A stretch of 64,000 nt of DNA, from the IMG/VR virus record IMGVR_UViG_3300023174_000089, positions 32,001 through 96,000 of that record; one strand, given 5' to 3'. The notes under the pieces are model-generated. The model was not told where the DNA came from and searched no databases. It saw nothing but the letters and a program-made list of their open reading frames with translations. The DNA comes from a virus. Within the stretch, counting starts at the first letter, position 1, and each line of letters starts with the position of its first letter. Both the position numbers and the translations under genes were made by a program. Of the stretch, positions 26,163-35,239 are shown piece by piece.

Positions 26163-26499
26163 ATTGTTTCACGATTTGACATTCATAATCCCAATTAATA
26201 CCTTCATGTGGATTATCCTTAGCGGCTTGCCAAGGTTTACCCAAAATATGTTCGAGAATAGGAATGCCAGGATGTAATATTTTTTCTAATACATCAGCAT
26301 AATCAGTAAACATTTGAAACAACCGCTCTTTATCGGGTTGTTGTAGATTTAAAATGTCGCTGTTCAATTGAGTATCGAAATATTTTACGATATGTTTACG
26401 ATATAACTCAATTTCTTCTTCTGTAACAATACCATCACGGTTGATGTCGGCGTCTGCTACACCATCGTTATTTAAATCAATATCTTTAATATCAGACAT
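26137..26499 (-). CDS. Hypothetical protein with EF-hand-like acidic loops
   Basis: DLNNDG and DINRDGIVTEEE (Dx[DN]xDG motifs). Confidence 0.6.
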   Translation of the reverse strand: MSDIKDIDLNNDGVADADINRDGIVTEEEIELYRKHIVKYFDTQLNSDILNLQQPDKERLFQMFTDYADVLEKILHPGIPILEHILGKPWQAAKDNPHEGINWDYECQIVKQYEEWKSKK

Positions 26500-27475
26500 T
26501 TTCTAATTTCCCCTGAAACAGTTTTTCTTTAAATTCTATTAATTTACTTAGATATAGAGCTGTGTAATAAGTAAAAAATACAAGAGCCCAAATTGTGTAT
26601 ACGGCCAAGACTTGTTGTTTTCTATTTGATTTTGGTTTTGGTGGTATATAACTGACCACTCTACAGATAACTGTACCAATTTTCATAATGATACGACCCA
26701 TGGTGTTATCTTGTTTCAAAACACCCATCTTATAAGCCATATGTTCAGACCAAGGTGTTCCAATCTTAACAGCCATTTCAGTTGCAACAATCTTTTGTTC
26801 AATTTTACGGCGTGATTCTTTTTTGATCCAGAACATAAAATCTGGACCTTTAGCATTCATCCATGATGTAACGATACGAGCCCAACGGATATAACCACGA
26901 TAAACCCTCTTATCTGTTTTACGTAACATCTGGCCATATGCCTGATCAGCTGCCCATATTGTAGAACTCATTAGGCCTTTATCATACAAATCAGCACAAA
27001 CGATCTTAGAACAGTTACATGCACAGTTACAATTAAATGTTGCTGAAGCTGCGGCGCCACAATTGTAGCCTACAGTTGCATTACAGTTACAATTATATCC
27101 AGAAGAACAGTTACAATTGGCTTGAAGATACGATTGTGTATCACAGTTTGTGCAATTTATACCAGAACAATTTGTGCACTGAGATTCAAAGGCACCAAAA
27201 GGTAAACACTGCTGACATTGAATGTTTCCACAGTTACAGTTACAGTTTGTGCAATTTGTAGGAGGACAATTGGTATTTGAACAGTTACCATTATCACAGT
27301 TTCCGTCCATATTTCTCTGATAGTATGCTTTATCTTTAAAAGCATCCATGTTTGGACTGGCTGGAGGATTCTTTAAATAACCATTTAAAAACTGCAAAGA
27401 TGCAGAATATGTTGCACCTAAACCTAGTTCGGTCGTTACATCAGATGTCGATATTTGGCCACTTGGTGTTGTCAT
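26492..27475 (-). CDS. Asn-Cys-repeat protein; putative radical SAM substrate and possible virion protein
   Basis: 22 Cys in residues 59-155; N-terminal PSGQISTSDVTTELG; C-terminal KIVC...YRGYIRWA domain and a hydrophobic segment. Confidence 0.75.
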   Translation of the reverse strand: MTTPSGQISTSDVTTELGLGATYSASLQFLNGYLKNPPASPNMDAFKDKAYYQRNMDGNCDNGNCSNTNCPPTNCTNCNCNCGNIQCQQCLPFGAFESQCTNCSGINCTNCDTQSYLQANCNCSSGYNCNCNATVGYNCGAAASATFNCNCACNCSKIVCADLYDKGLMSSTIWAADQAYGQMLRKTDKRVYRGYIRWARIVTSWMNAKGPDFMFWIKKESRRKIEQKIVATEMAVKIGTPWSEHMAYKMGVLKQDNTMGRIIMKIGTVICRVVSYIPPKPKSNRKQQVLAVYTIWALVFFTYYTALYLSKLIEFKEKLFQGKLENV

Positions 27476-27502
27476 TTTACTGTCCGTTACAATTTATTGT
27501 AG

Positions 27503-27510
27503 TATTTATG
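27503..27510 (-). promoter_or_regulatory. Late promoter candidate (CATAAATA) upstream of the Cys-rich gene
   Basis: Shares ATAAATACTA with the gp48 late promoter and sits a similar ~28 nt from the ATG. Confidence 0.55.
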
Positions 27511-28951
27511 TTGTTTCCAACCGTGATTTTCCATATACTTCAATACCTTCTACCTGACCTATTTTTTCACTTACGACCTTGATGGGTATAACCTTTTTCT
27601 TTGGTTCCTCTTTGTGTTCATAGATTGTACCAAAAATATCTTGGCGTTCTAGGGGTAGACCTTCCGCCTTAATTAAAGTTGGAATGTAACCACCAGTAAT
27701 TTTCTCAATGGCCAAGGCAAACAATGGTACATTATCTGAATATGAGTTTGCACAAGATATATCCCAAAACTTTTCATCTAGGAACATACAAGCACCTTTA
27801 CATAGGTGTAAAACTGGACAACCGCTACATTCTTTACGATTACTCCAATGTGTAGAACTTTTGATTCGAACATTATCAAAATCATCTAGTGTTCCACTAT
27901 GGTGACTTTCACCATTTTTACCCATTTCTAAAGAACTTACGTTTTGACAGGTCATAACATTACCACGCAGGTCAACAGCAAGGGTGTGTTCATCATCCAT
28001 GCCACACTTTTGACCTAAGAATTTAGAATTTGTGTGTGTTAATACTGAACCAATAAACCCATCGATTTTGGCCAACTGGCCAAAGAATCCTATTTTACCT
28101 TGTGTGGTGAATATATCAGCAAATGCTGTTCTACGATATTCAAAGTGTTCTTGTTTTGTTTGTAATGAATTAACGATACCATCTTCATCATAAGCGTCAA
28201 CAATACCACCTTCACCCAATACAACATTTGGATCACCGGTTAGTTTAACAAACCATTCATAAATTTCTTTACGTGATTTGTTTTTCGAATTCATCATTGG
28301 GTTGAAACTAAATGATTTACCCAATCTACTCATCATACGGTGAAATCCAAGAATTCTTTTCTTGGCTTCTGGATCATCAAATGGATCTGGCCCACGAACT
28401 GATTGTCCTGGTCCATCATGTGATATTGATACGGAGAAATCCATCATCATCAACCAATCAATGATATCATCAGTTAGAATTGACCCGTTGGTAATGATAG
28501 AGAATTGTGGTTTTCTTTTCCAATCAGAAAACTTTTCTGCAATAGTTTCGGCCAAAGGTTTTAATGTTTTCCAATATACAAGTGGTTCACCACCCCAAAA
28601 CTCAACTCTTAAGCCAGACTGTTCATCAAATTCTAGTTTGTTAAATTTTTCCATAAAAGAATCGATATCTTTTTTGGATGTTTCTGGCATTCTTTCAACA
28701 AATTTCTGTGAACAATAATCGCAGGAGTAGTTACAACTCAAACCTAATTGAATTTTAATATGTTTAACTAATCTAGATTTTTTGAGTGGATTATTCTTGT
28801 CGAATGGGACATAAGGTTTTAAACCATGTGGTTGAATATTATTGTATTGTAATATGTTTCCATTTTCATCAGACAATATGTTGGTCATATTATCATAATA
28901 AAAAATCCTCTTATCGTCTTTTGACTTCTCGGTGTGTATTTCAAATAACAT
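27506..28951 (-). CDS. Radical SAM/SPASM domain protein (peptide-maturase-like)
   Basis: CNYSCDYC, FWGGEP, ITNG, ISHDG; SPASM Cys pattern KCG...GNVMTC...CSGCPVLHLCKGAC...C. Confidence 0.92.
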   Translation of the reverse strand: MLFEIHTEKSKDDKRIFYYDNMTNILSDENGNILQYNNIQPHGLKPYVPFDKNNPLKKSRLVKHIKIQLGLSCNYSCDYCSQKFVERMPETSKKDIDSFMEKFNKLEFDEQSGLRVEFWGGEPLVYWKTLKPLAETIAEKFSDWKRKPQFSIITNGSILTDDIIDWLMMMDFSVSISHDGPGQSVRGPDPFDDPEAKKRILGFHRMMSRLGKSFSFNPMMNSKNKSRKEIYEWFVKLTGDPNVVLGEGGIVDAYDEDGIVNSLQTKQEHFEYRRTAFADIFTTQGKIGFFGQLAKIDGFIGSVLTHTNSKFLGQKCGMDDEHTLAVDLRGNVMTCQNVSSLEMGKNGESHHSGTLDDFDNVRIKSSTHWSNRKECSGCPVLHLCKGACMFLDEKFWDISCANSYSDNVPLFALAIEKITGGYIPTLIKAEGLPLERQDIFGTIYEHKEEPKKKVIPIKVVSEKIGQVEGIEVYGKSRLETT

Positions 28952-29214
28952 TATTTTTCCTGTAGTCCTTTAGTTGTTCTACTTCTCTTTGTTGTTTTAT
29001 ATATTCTATTAGTTCCTGTCGAACTCTTTCCTTGTTGTGATATTCGTAATATAGCCGCTGTTGTTTTGACATCATTCTTTTTTTGCTCATTAAAACTCCT
29101 ATCGTTATTATTGTATTTTGGAATTTTAGAAGCAGGTTCTACAGGATTAACTTTGCCATTATCTGACCTCCTGATATTAAGTAGATGGGGAATTTGACTA
29201 TTCACTGTTACCAT
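28951..29214 (-). CDS. Hypothetical protein (frame uncertain)
   Basis: Fills the gap, but an alternative-frame ORF (MSKQQRLYYEY...) overlaps it. Confidence 0.3.
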   Translation of the reverse strand: MVTVNSQIPHLLNIRRSDNGKVNPVEPASKIPKYNNNDRSFNEQKKNDVKTTAAILRISQQGKSSTGTNRIYKTTKRSRTTKGLQEK

Positions 29215-29483
29215 TCTCTAGGCATCTTTGTTTTGTGACCGTGTTTAACAGTATTTTGTGGAACTTTTTCTTTGATACGACCAATAATCTCACGTTCAAA
29301 TCTTGCATCAGGTTGACCAATACCTGGTACTGACATACGCATGCCGTCACCAAACATTGGTACATCTGTAATGTGTCGTTCTAAATGGGGATTATTTTGT
29401 TTGAAACCATCCAACTCCGATATCTTCATCGTGTGGGTTTCTATTTCGTTTGTTGTTTTATTTAAAAAATCATAGGTTGGCAT
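29208..29483 (-). CDS. FmdB-like small protein (no Cys ligands)
   Basis: MPTYDF N-terminus typical of T4-like FmdB-related proteins. Confidence 0.65.
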   Translation of the reverse strand: MPTYDFLNKTTNEIETHTMKISELDGFKQNNPHLERHITDVPMFGDGMRMSVPGIGQPDARFEREIIGRIKEKVPQNTVKHGHKTKMPREW

Positions 29484-30085
29484 TAACTATACTCATAGGA
29501 AAGTGATTCACGAACATTTTGTGACCACTCTTTCATAAAAGGTGGCACCTCTCTCTTATTTATCTTACCTTTCCATGACCACATTCTCTGTTTTTCCATG
29601 ATATAGTAATTGCGATAAGACTTCAATGAATCACCTGGTACCTTACAAGCATCAGGCATGGCAGGTGTAGGACCAGTAAAACTTACTGCCTTTGGTATGT
29701 TGTTTGGTAGATTCCAAAATAAAGCTTTGACCAAACCATCAGATTCACATTTGTGAACTTTACCATAACGATAGGTGTATTCTTTACATAACTCATTTAA
29801 CAATTTGCTTAACCAAATGTAATTTGAATCTGATTGGCGGCACCATACGGCTGATGGATGATTTACATGAGTGGCTGAATAAAGAATCGTTTCTCTTTCA
29901 TCAGGTAAAATCCAGCGTTTCACTTTACGACCAGTTTTCGATTCAGCAATGGTTTCTTTGCCGTCAATGATACGGTGTGCCGTTGATAATAGTTGGCAAT
30001 ATTCTAGAATCATTTTTACAACGTGCTTATCAACATGATATTGAGCACATTTCACAGGATCATAATCAAGATAAAAAATATTCAT
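29483..30085 (-). CDS. Pyrimidine-dimer DNA glycosylase-like protein
   Basis: MNIFYLD..P..CA.YH.DKHVVKMILE..QLLSTAH...TH.NHP.A.W. Confidence 0.8.
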   Translation of the reverse strand: MNIFYLDYDPVKCAQYHVDKHVVKMILEYCQLLSTAHRIIDGKETIAESKTGRKVKRWILPDERETILYSATHVNHPSAVWCRQSDSNYIWLSKLLNELCKEYTYRYGKVHKCESDGLVKALFWNLPNNIPKAVSFTGPTPAMPDACKVPGDSLKSYRNYYIMEKQRMWSWKGKINKREVPPFMKEWSQNVRESLSYEYS

Positions 30086-30366
30086 AGCATTCTAATTAAG
30101 CCGATTGTATCAATAGTAGTAAGTAAAACGTAATTAGCAACCATGCCAAATGATTTACGAGTATAAGCAGCCCAACCATACATAGCACAACCAAGGATCC
30201 AAATAGGGTATAGAATAAGTAGGGGCGGGTTTGGTACTGTAAGAGCCATTGTGATAGAGCATCCAATAGAGATTGCCCATGCCAAGAGCTCCACAACAAA
30301 GCGGAACTTACCAGATTTCCAATCATCACGAATCCAATCAAATAAATTATAAAATAAATCGTTCAC
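30082..30366 (-). CDS. Small multi-pass membrane protein
   Basis: Three hydrophobic segments. Confidence 0.65.
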   Translation of the reverse strand: MNDLFYNLFDWIRDDWKSGKFRFVVELLAWAISIGCSITMALTVPNPPLLILYPIWILGCAMYGWAAYTRKSFGMVANYVLLTTIDTIGLIRML

Positions 30367-30633
30367 TTAACACTCATCAGACCTGATTATACTCTTTCTG
30401 CCAGAAAAAATAGAATCCAAATCATCTAAATCATCATCTTCAACAATTTTTTGATCAGGCTTTACAACTTCTAAGTAACCGTCTAAATGAAAACCACAAC
30501 CACGCAGAAAGGTTTCAAACTCACCAACCACACCATCTAGTGTATCAGCATTGAATTCAAATGTTCTTTTAGTAACGATTGTGTCACCAAATGGTGATGG
30601 TTCATCTTCACAGACAAATGTAAATTTACTCAT
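30367..30633 (-). CDS. Hypothetical protein
   Basis: Co-oriented ORF with FETFLRGCGF motif. Confidence 0.65.
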   Translation of the reverse strand: MSKFTFVCEDEPSPFGDTIVTKRTFEFNADTLDGVVGEFETFLRGCGFHLDGYLEVVKPDQKIVEDDDLDDLDSIFSGRKSIIRSDEC

Positions 30634-30887
30634 AGTTTTGGAATTTCCAATTCAGCAGGTTTCTTTTTTGGTGGAAAACGTTTTGCAATATCTTCGGCTG
30701 ATACAGTTTGCATTGCAAATTGTTTGAATTGGTCATATGAATCTTTTACTTTCATAATACTACCATGTGTCATAAACAATGCACAACCACCATCAACTAG
30801 AGGAGCAATTTCACCAACCCTATCTAAATTGATAATAATTTTACACGATTTTTCTACTGATTCAACTTCAACAAATAATGCCATCAC
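30630..30887 (-). CDS. Hypothetical protein
   Basis: Tightly packed ORF. Confidence 0.6.
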   Translation of the reverse strand: MMALFVEVESVEKSCKIIINLDRVGEIAPLVDGGCALFMTHGSIMKVKDSYDQFKQFAMQTVSAEDIAKRFPPKKKPAELEIPKL

Positions 30888-31054
30888 TCATCTCCTTTAT
30901 CAGACTTCATAGTTAACTTGGCCATCTTGGCACGTTTTTCGGATACTTCTGCTTCAATCATCATATTCTTCCAATGTCCACGTTTATCTGCCGGCATAAG
31001 TGCCAATATTCTTTTGGACGATTTACTTAATTTAAAATCTTTGTTGGTTTTCAT
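30884..31054 (-). CDS. Hypothetical protein (56 aa)
   Basis: MKTNKDFKLSKSSKRILALMP...KGDE, filling the gap with 4-nt overlaps; not in the track. Confidence 0.55.
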   Translation of the reverse strand: MKTNKDFKLSKSSKRILALMPADKRGHWKNMMIEAEVSEKRAKMAKLTMKSDKGDE

Positions 31055-31317
31055 TTACCTGCCTTTTGAACTAATTCAACTTTATCACAATCTTTTACAC
31101 GAACTAACAGCGTATCAGTTTGATTCAATGGTCGAACAAAAAAACATTCGCCTTTAACTGACCAAACCAATTTATTCTGTATGCCGCCATCAAAATTACC
31201 GTTGACTGGCAAATTCATAAAATATGGTGTGTAGTAAAATGTTAAACCAAACACAACAACAGCTACAAAAAATAAAGTTTTATTTAATTGTAACCATTCA
31301 TTAATTTTTTTAAACAT
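31051..31317 (-). CDS. Hypothetical membrane-anchored protein
   Basis: N-terminal hydrophobic segment. Confidence 0.6.
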   Translation of the reverse strand: MFKKINEWLQLNKTLFFVAVVVFGLTFYYTPYFMNLPVNGNFDGGIQNKLVWSVKGECFFVRPLNQTDTLLVRVKDCDKVELVQKAGK

Positions 31318-31546
31318 GAATCAATCCTTGAGTATATAATACTAACATTATACTAGCAAATACTGCCAATGTCAATAGAATTAAGGTAAACTTCTGTGAT
31401 TCTTCTTGGTAATATTCCATTTCTCTTTGAATCATTTCGTGTTGAGCTAGAACCATATTAGGCACATCTGGTTCCATCATATTGATTGTTTTTTGTGATG
31501 ATTCGAAACGCTTCAATGCCTGCCAATAACGATAATATGATATCAT
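31310..31546 (-). CDS. Hypothetical protein with C-terminal TM segment
   Basis: Start moved to MISYY to remove the overlap. Confidence 0.55.
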   Translation of the reverse strand: MISYYRYWQALKRFESSQKTINMMEPDVPNMVLAQHEMIQREMEYYQEESQKFTLILLTLAVFASIMLVLYTQGLIHV

Positions 31547-31547
31547 A

Positions 31548-32177
31548 TCAATCCCAAAGGTTTTCGTAATACTTTCCAAATAGTCTAAATGCGTTACGCT
31601 TTCTTTCATTGTGTGCGTTGAGGCCGTCCCAATCTACTTTTGGTCCAACATAATCTTCATGCCATGGCAACTTGCCTTTACTTTCAGAGTGGTCAAAGAA
31701 CTTACTTTCTGCATCATCAATTACTTTCTGTTCAAATGCCCAAATCATTTCATCTAACACATATTGCCAGCGTTGGTGAATCATGTCATCTTCACTTGAT
31801 TCTAAAGCTTGAATAGAAGGATCAACCATCTTTTTACTTTTCTTTTTGCCACTACGCATTTCAGCCGGCACATCTTCTTCATCAACAAAAGGTGAACCAT
31901 GAGATTCTGCTTTGAGTTGCTTCAGCATTGGTAGAATGATATAAGCCAAAGTGTGATCCATCGACCATGTATCCCAACGGTCAATCTTTACATAATCAAT
32001 TTTTGGATGAATGAAATCAAGCACCTTTTGAATTGCGGTACAAATAGGCGAAAGCACCTTATTGCATTTCTCAATGAAAGGCTCTTCATAATCAATCTCA
32101 CGCCAAAAGATAACCTTCTCCATAATTCTGTATGGAGAGAACCAATGGCTACGGTAACAACTCAAATAAACTTTCAT
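31548..32177 (-). CDS. Conserved phage hypothetical protein
   Basis: DTWSMDHTLAYIILPML...RWQYVLDEMIWAF...LFGKYYENLWD. Confidence 0.7.
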   Translation of the reverse strand: MKVYLSCYRSHWFSPYRIMEKVIFWREIDYEEPFIEKCNKVLSPICTAIQKVLDFIHPKIDYVKIDRWDTWSMDHTLAYIILPMLKQLKAESHGSPFVDEEDVPAEMRSGKKKSKKMVDPSIQALESSEDDMIHQRWQYVLDEMIWAFEQKVIDDAESKFFDHSESKGKLPWHEDYVGPKVDWDGLNAHNERKRNAFRLFGKYYENLWD

Positions 32178-32178
32178 T

Positions 32179-33015
32179 TTATACTTTCAATAGGTCACTC
32201 AATTTATAAGTTGATTTTAAATAAGACGATGGATTATCTAACACACTATATTCTAAATCACCTTCACGCCTTTGGCAATAGTTAATTTGAAAATTACATT
32301 CATTTACCAATCTAAATGTGGTAGCCATTTGTAATACCGAATGACCTTTACCATGACCTAGATTCTCTAACTTATTTGCCGGTGTTTCGATTGCCATTCG
32401 AATGGATTCACATATCTCATTCACATGAACATAATCACGAATGGGTGTACCATCTTCTGTATTATAATCACCGCCATACAAATTAAATACACCAGTTTCT
32501 TTGGCCTTTATCAGATTGGCCATTAAACCATCCGGATTGGTTGGTGCAATCCCATCAGACCCAATCACATTATAAAATCTGAAAGAGGTGAAAGTTTTTG
32601 AATTTTCAATGCAATATCTTTCGACCACATTTTCAGCACATCTTTTACTCAAAGCGTATGGGTTGATGGGATTAGCGGCTGTGCCTGTCGATGCAAACAC
32701 AAAATTCTTAAAAAATACTTCTTGTAATACATTTACAGTACCATTGATATTGGTATTGTAATATGATATTGGTTTTTTTACTGATTCATTTACTTTAACG
32801 AGAGCTGCAAGATGAACAACAGTATCAAATACTGTGGTCGGCCATTTTACAAAGTTCTCAGCAATATCTAATTTGATAAAATGATTTGGTACCAAGTAAT
32901 CATTAAATCTGGTGTTTTTATCAAGACCAAAAACCTCGTAATCATCCTTTTTGAGGAGTTTTACGAGGTGTTGGCCGATATAACCAGAACTGCCGGTTAT
33001 TAATACTTTTTTCAT
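32179..33015 (-). CDS. NAD-dependent epimerase (GalE-like)
   Basis: ITGSSGYIG, HLAA, YxxxK (YALSK), RDYVHV. Confidence 0.88.
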   Translation of the reverse strand: MKKVLITGSSGYIGQHLVKLLKKDDYEVFGLDKNTRFNDYLVPNHFIKLDIAENFVKWPTTVFDTVVHLAALVKVNESVKKPISYYNTNINGTVNVLQEVFFKNFVFASTGTAANPINPYALSKRCAENVVERYCIENSKTFTSFRFYNVIGSDGIAPTNPDGLMANLIKAKETGVFNLYGGDYNTEDGTPIRDYVHVNEICESIRMAIETPANKLENLGHGKGHSVLQMATTFRLVNECNFQINYCQRREGDLEYSVLDNPSSYLKSTYKLSDLLKV

Positions 33016-33455
33016 TAAACTTGTTCTGCTTTATGTGCTTCTAAAGTTTTACGGAACTTATTGGCATGACTACGCTCTGCTTTGGCCAATGTTTCGAACC
33101 AATCAGCAATCTCATCAAAGCCTTCATCACGAGCGGTCTTTGCCATACCAGGATACATATCGCTGTATTCATGGGTTTCACCGTGAATAGCGGACTCTAA
33201 TGCTTCTGCTACAGTTGCAGCCGATAGACCAGTGCCTGGATCTCCAGCACCACCACTCAACAAATACTCCATGTGACCATGAGCATGGCCTGTTTCACCT
33301 TCTGCTGTAGAACGGAATACTGCCGCTACATCTGGTGCACCTGCTACGTCAGCCATGTTTGCGAAATACAAATAACGGCGATTTGCCTGTGATTCACCTG
33401 CAAATGCCTCTTTCAATGCTGCTTCGGTACGAGTACCTTTTACTGATTTTGCCAT
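33015..33455 (-). CDS. Rubrerythrin (short, ferritin-like domain only)
   Basis: [28 protein letters not shown] di-iron motifs. Confidence 0.92.
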   Translation of the reverse strand: MAKSVKGTRTEAALKEAFAGESQANRRYLYFANMADVAGAPDVAAVFRSTAEGETGHAHGHMEYLLSGGAGDPGTGLSAATVAEALESAIHGETHEYSDMYPGMAKTARDEGFDEIADWFETLAKAERSHANKFRKTLEAHKAEQV

Positions 33456-33456
33456 A

Positions 33457-33603
33457 CTACTTCTCCTTTACTATTGAATAATATTCTTCTTTAAAACAAC
33501 CACACTCAGGACAAATGAAAGTATCTGGCAAATCCTCAAATTTACCTTCTGCCTCATCATCATGGACATGGCCACACACGGTACAAATATACTGCAATTC
33601 CAT
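33457..33603 (-). CDS. Rubredoxin (48 aa)
   Basis: MELQYICTVCGHVHD...FEDLPDTFICPECG; AAAGGAG RBS; not in the track. Confidence 0.88.
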   Translation of the reverse strand: MELQYICTVCGHVHDDEAEGKFEDLPDTFICPECGCFKEEYYSIVKEK

Positions 33604-33687
33604 AACATCTCCTTTAATAGTTAAAAACTAACAATATTACTTATACATAGTTTATCACTATTAGATGGTTTTGTCTAATGATATTTT

Positions 33688-34038
33688 TTAATTCTGATTA
33701 TCGATTTTTTCAATCTTAATCATCTTACCATCCATGAACAAGGCCTTATATTCAATCCAGTTATCGGCCTTCCAACCGCCATTCTCTTTATCTTCACGGT
33801 AGAATCGAATGAGGCCATCAAAGTCTTCCTCAAACTTCCAATAGAAGTCTTTCCGTTCTATACGGATTTTAAGCCAACTATCTGGTTCATCATGTAATTC
33901 CATGGTGTAACATTCACGCCATAATGTACCATCTTCACGAATCTCATAATCATCCAATGCCTGTTGTTTGGTGTCTTTGGTCTGATACTTATGGCCTTCG
34001 TAGGTGATATAATCAAACATTCCCATAATTACTCCCAA
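33688..34038 (-). CDS. Hypothetical protein
   Basis: MGMFDY...YQTKD phage-type motif. Confidence 0.65.
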   Translation of the reverse strand: MGVIMGMFDYITYEGHKYQTKDTKQQALDDYEIREDGTLWRECYTMELHDEPDSWLKIRIERKDFYWKFEEDFDGLIRFYREDKENGGWKADNWIEYKALFMDGKMIKIEKIDNQN

Positions 34039-34382
34039 ATTCTATGTTTTTCGGCAACCCATTCATAACCATCATACTCATCAATCTGCCATTTTACATC
34101 ATCCGGAATTTCTACAATCTTTAACGATGCAGCAAATCCATTGGCTTCGTCACCAAACTCCTCAATTACAGAAATTAAATTCTCATCATTTCGTGGTGAG
34201 TAATGTTCATATTGAGAAATGAAATAGTCATCATTACCAACATGGCCTTTAACAAAATAATTTGTGTGACCAAAATCAGTTTCAGCACTTTCAAATTCAA
34301 TACCTTTCAACTGCAAAAGCTTTTCAAAAGCTTTATCAGAAAGGCCAAAACCACCATGTTGTTTGTTAATTGCAACTTTCAT
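34029..34382 (-). CDS. Conserved phage hypothetical protein
   Basis: VAINKQHGGFGLS...LKIVEIP...IDEYDG.EWV. Confidence 0.7.
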   Translation of the reverse strand: MKVAINKQHGGFGLSDKAFEKLLQLKGIEFESAETDFGHTNYFVKGHVGNDDYFISQYEHYSPRNDENLISVIEEFGDEANGFAASLKIVEIPDDVKWQIDEYDGYEWVAEKHRIWE

Positions 34383-35239
34383 TATACCTCCAAATATTTT
34401 AATTGAAAATTATCAGCACGAGCTTCATAATTAATGTAACCACGAGGATTACAAACCACTCTGGTGGTGCCAATCAGATAATCAAAATCTTCATGTGTGT
34501 GACCATGAGTCCATAATTTGATTTGTGGTCGATCCAAAATGAATTCATTCAAATCAGAACTATAACCACCATTCATCAAGGCCTCATCTCTATATCTTGG
34601 ATGGGTTGATAAACGGCTTGGTGCATGATGGCCAACCACCACAAACTTATGGTCATGTTTGCCTTCTACTACCATTGAGATGTAGTCAACCATCGCACGG
34701 TGTTCTTTCACCGCATCTTCAGGTGAAAATCTGCTATCACGATATTTTCTCTCACGCTGACCATCATTCTCAACCCAATATCCCACCTGGTTGGCACTAT
34801 TCTTCACGCAACGAAAATCATTCATGGCTCTACCAATGTGCCATAGTGTCAATGGATCTTCCTTATTCATATCGGTCCACAAGGTACCACCAATGAATGT
34901 GACCTCATCAAATAAAGTCCATGCTTCTGTGTCTAGAATTTGTAGATTTGGCAGATGCTTTAATCTCTTTTTTAAATCTTTTACTGTGTGTGCAAAATCA
35001 TAATGATAATGCTCATGATTACCCACGATATACACAACATGAGGAAATTTATTGCAGCAATCATAAAAGAAATCGTGAAGGTTCTTTGACTTTTCGGTAG
35101 CCATAGGATCATCATGGTCAAGCAAATCATGAGCAACGCAGATATCACCAGAAAGGAGCAATACATCAGCAACTTCCGTATTTTCTAATACGATAGGTCC
35201 AAACTCTAAGTGAAGGTCTGATGCTAATGCCAATTTCAT
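34382..35239 (-). CDS. Calcineurin-like metallophosphoesterase
   Basis: SDLH, GD, GNHE, HH.P, HGHTH motifs. Confidence 0.9.
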   Translation of the reverse strand: MKLALASDLHLEFGPIVLENTEVADVLLLSGDICVAHDLLDHDDPMATEKSKNLHDFFYDCCNKFPHVVYIVGNHEHYHYDFAHTVKDLKKRLKHLPNLQILDTEAWTLFDEVTFIGGTLWTDMNKEDPLTLWHIGRAMNDFRCVKNSANQVGYWVENDGQRERKYRDSRFSPEDAVKEHRAMVDYISMVVEGKHDHKFVVVGHHAPSRLSTHPRYRDEALMNGGYSSDLNEFILDRPQIKLWTHGHTHEDFDYLIGTTRVVCNPRGYINYEARADNFQLKYLEV

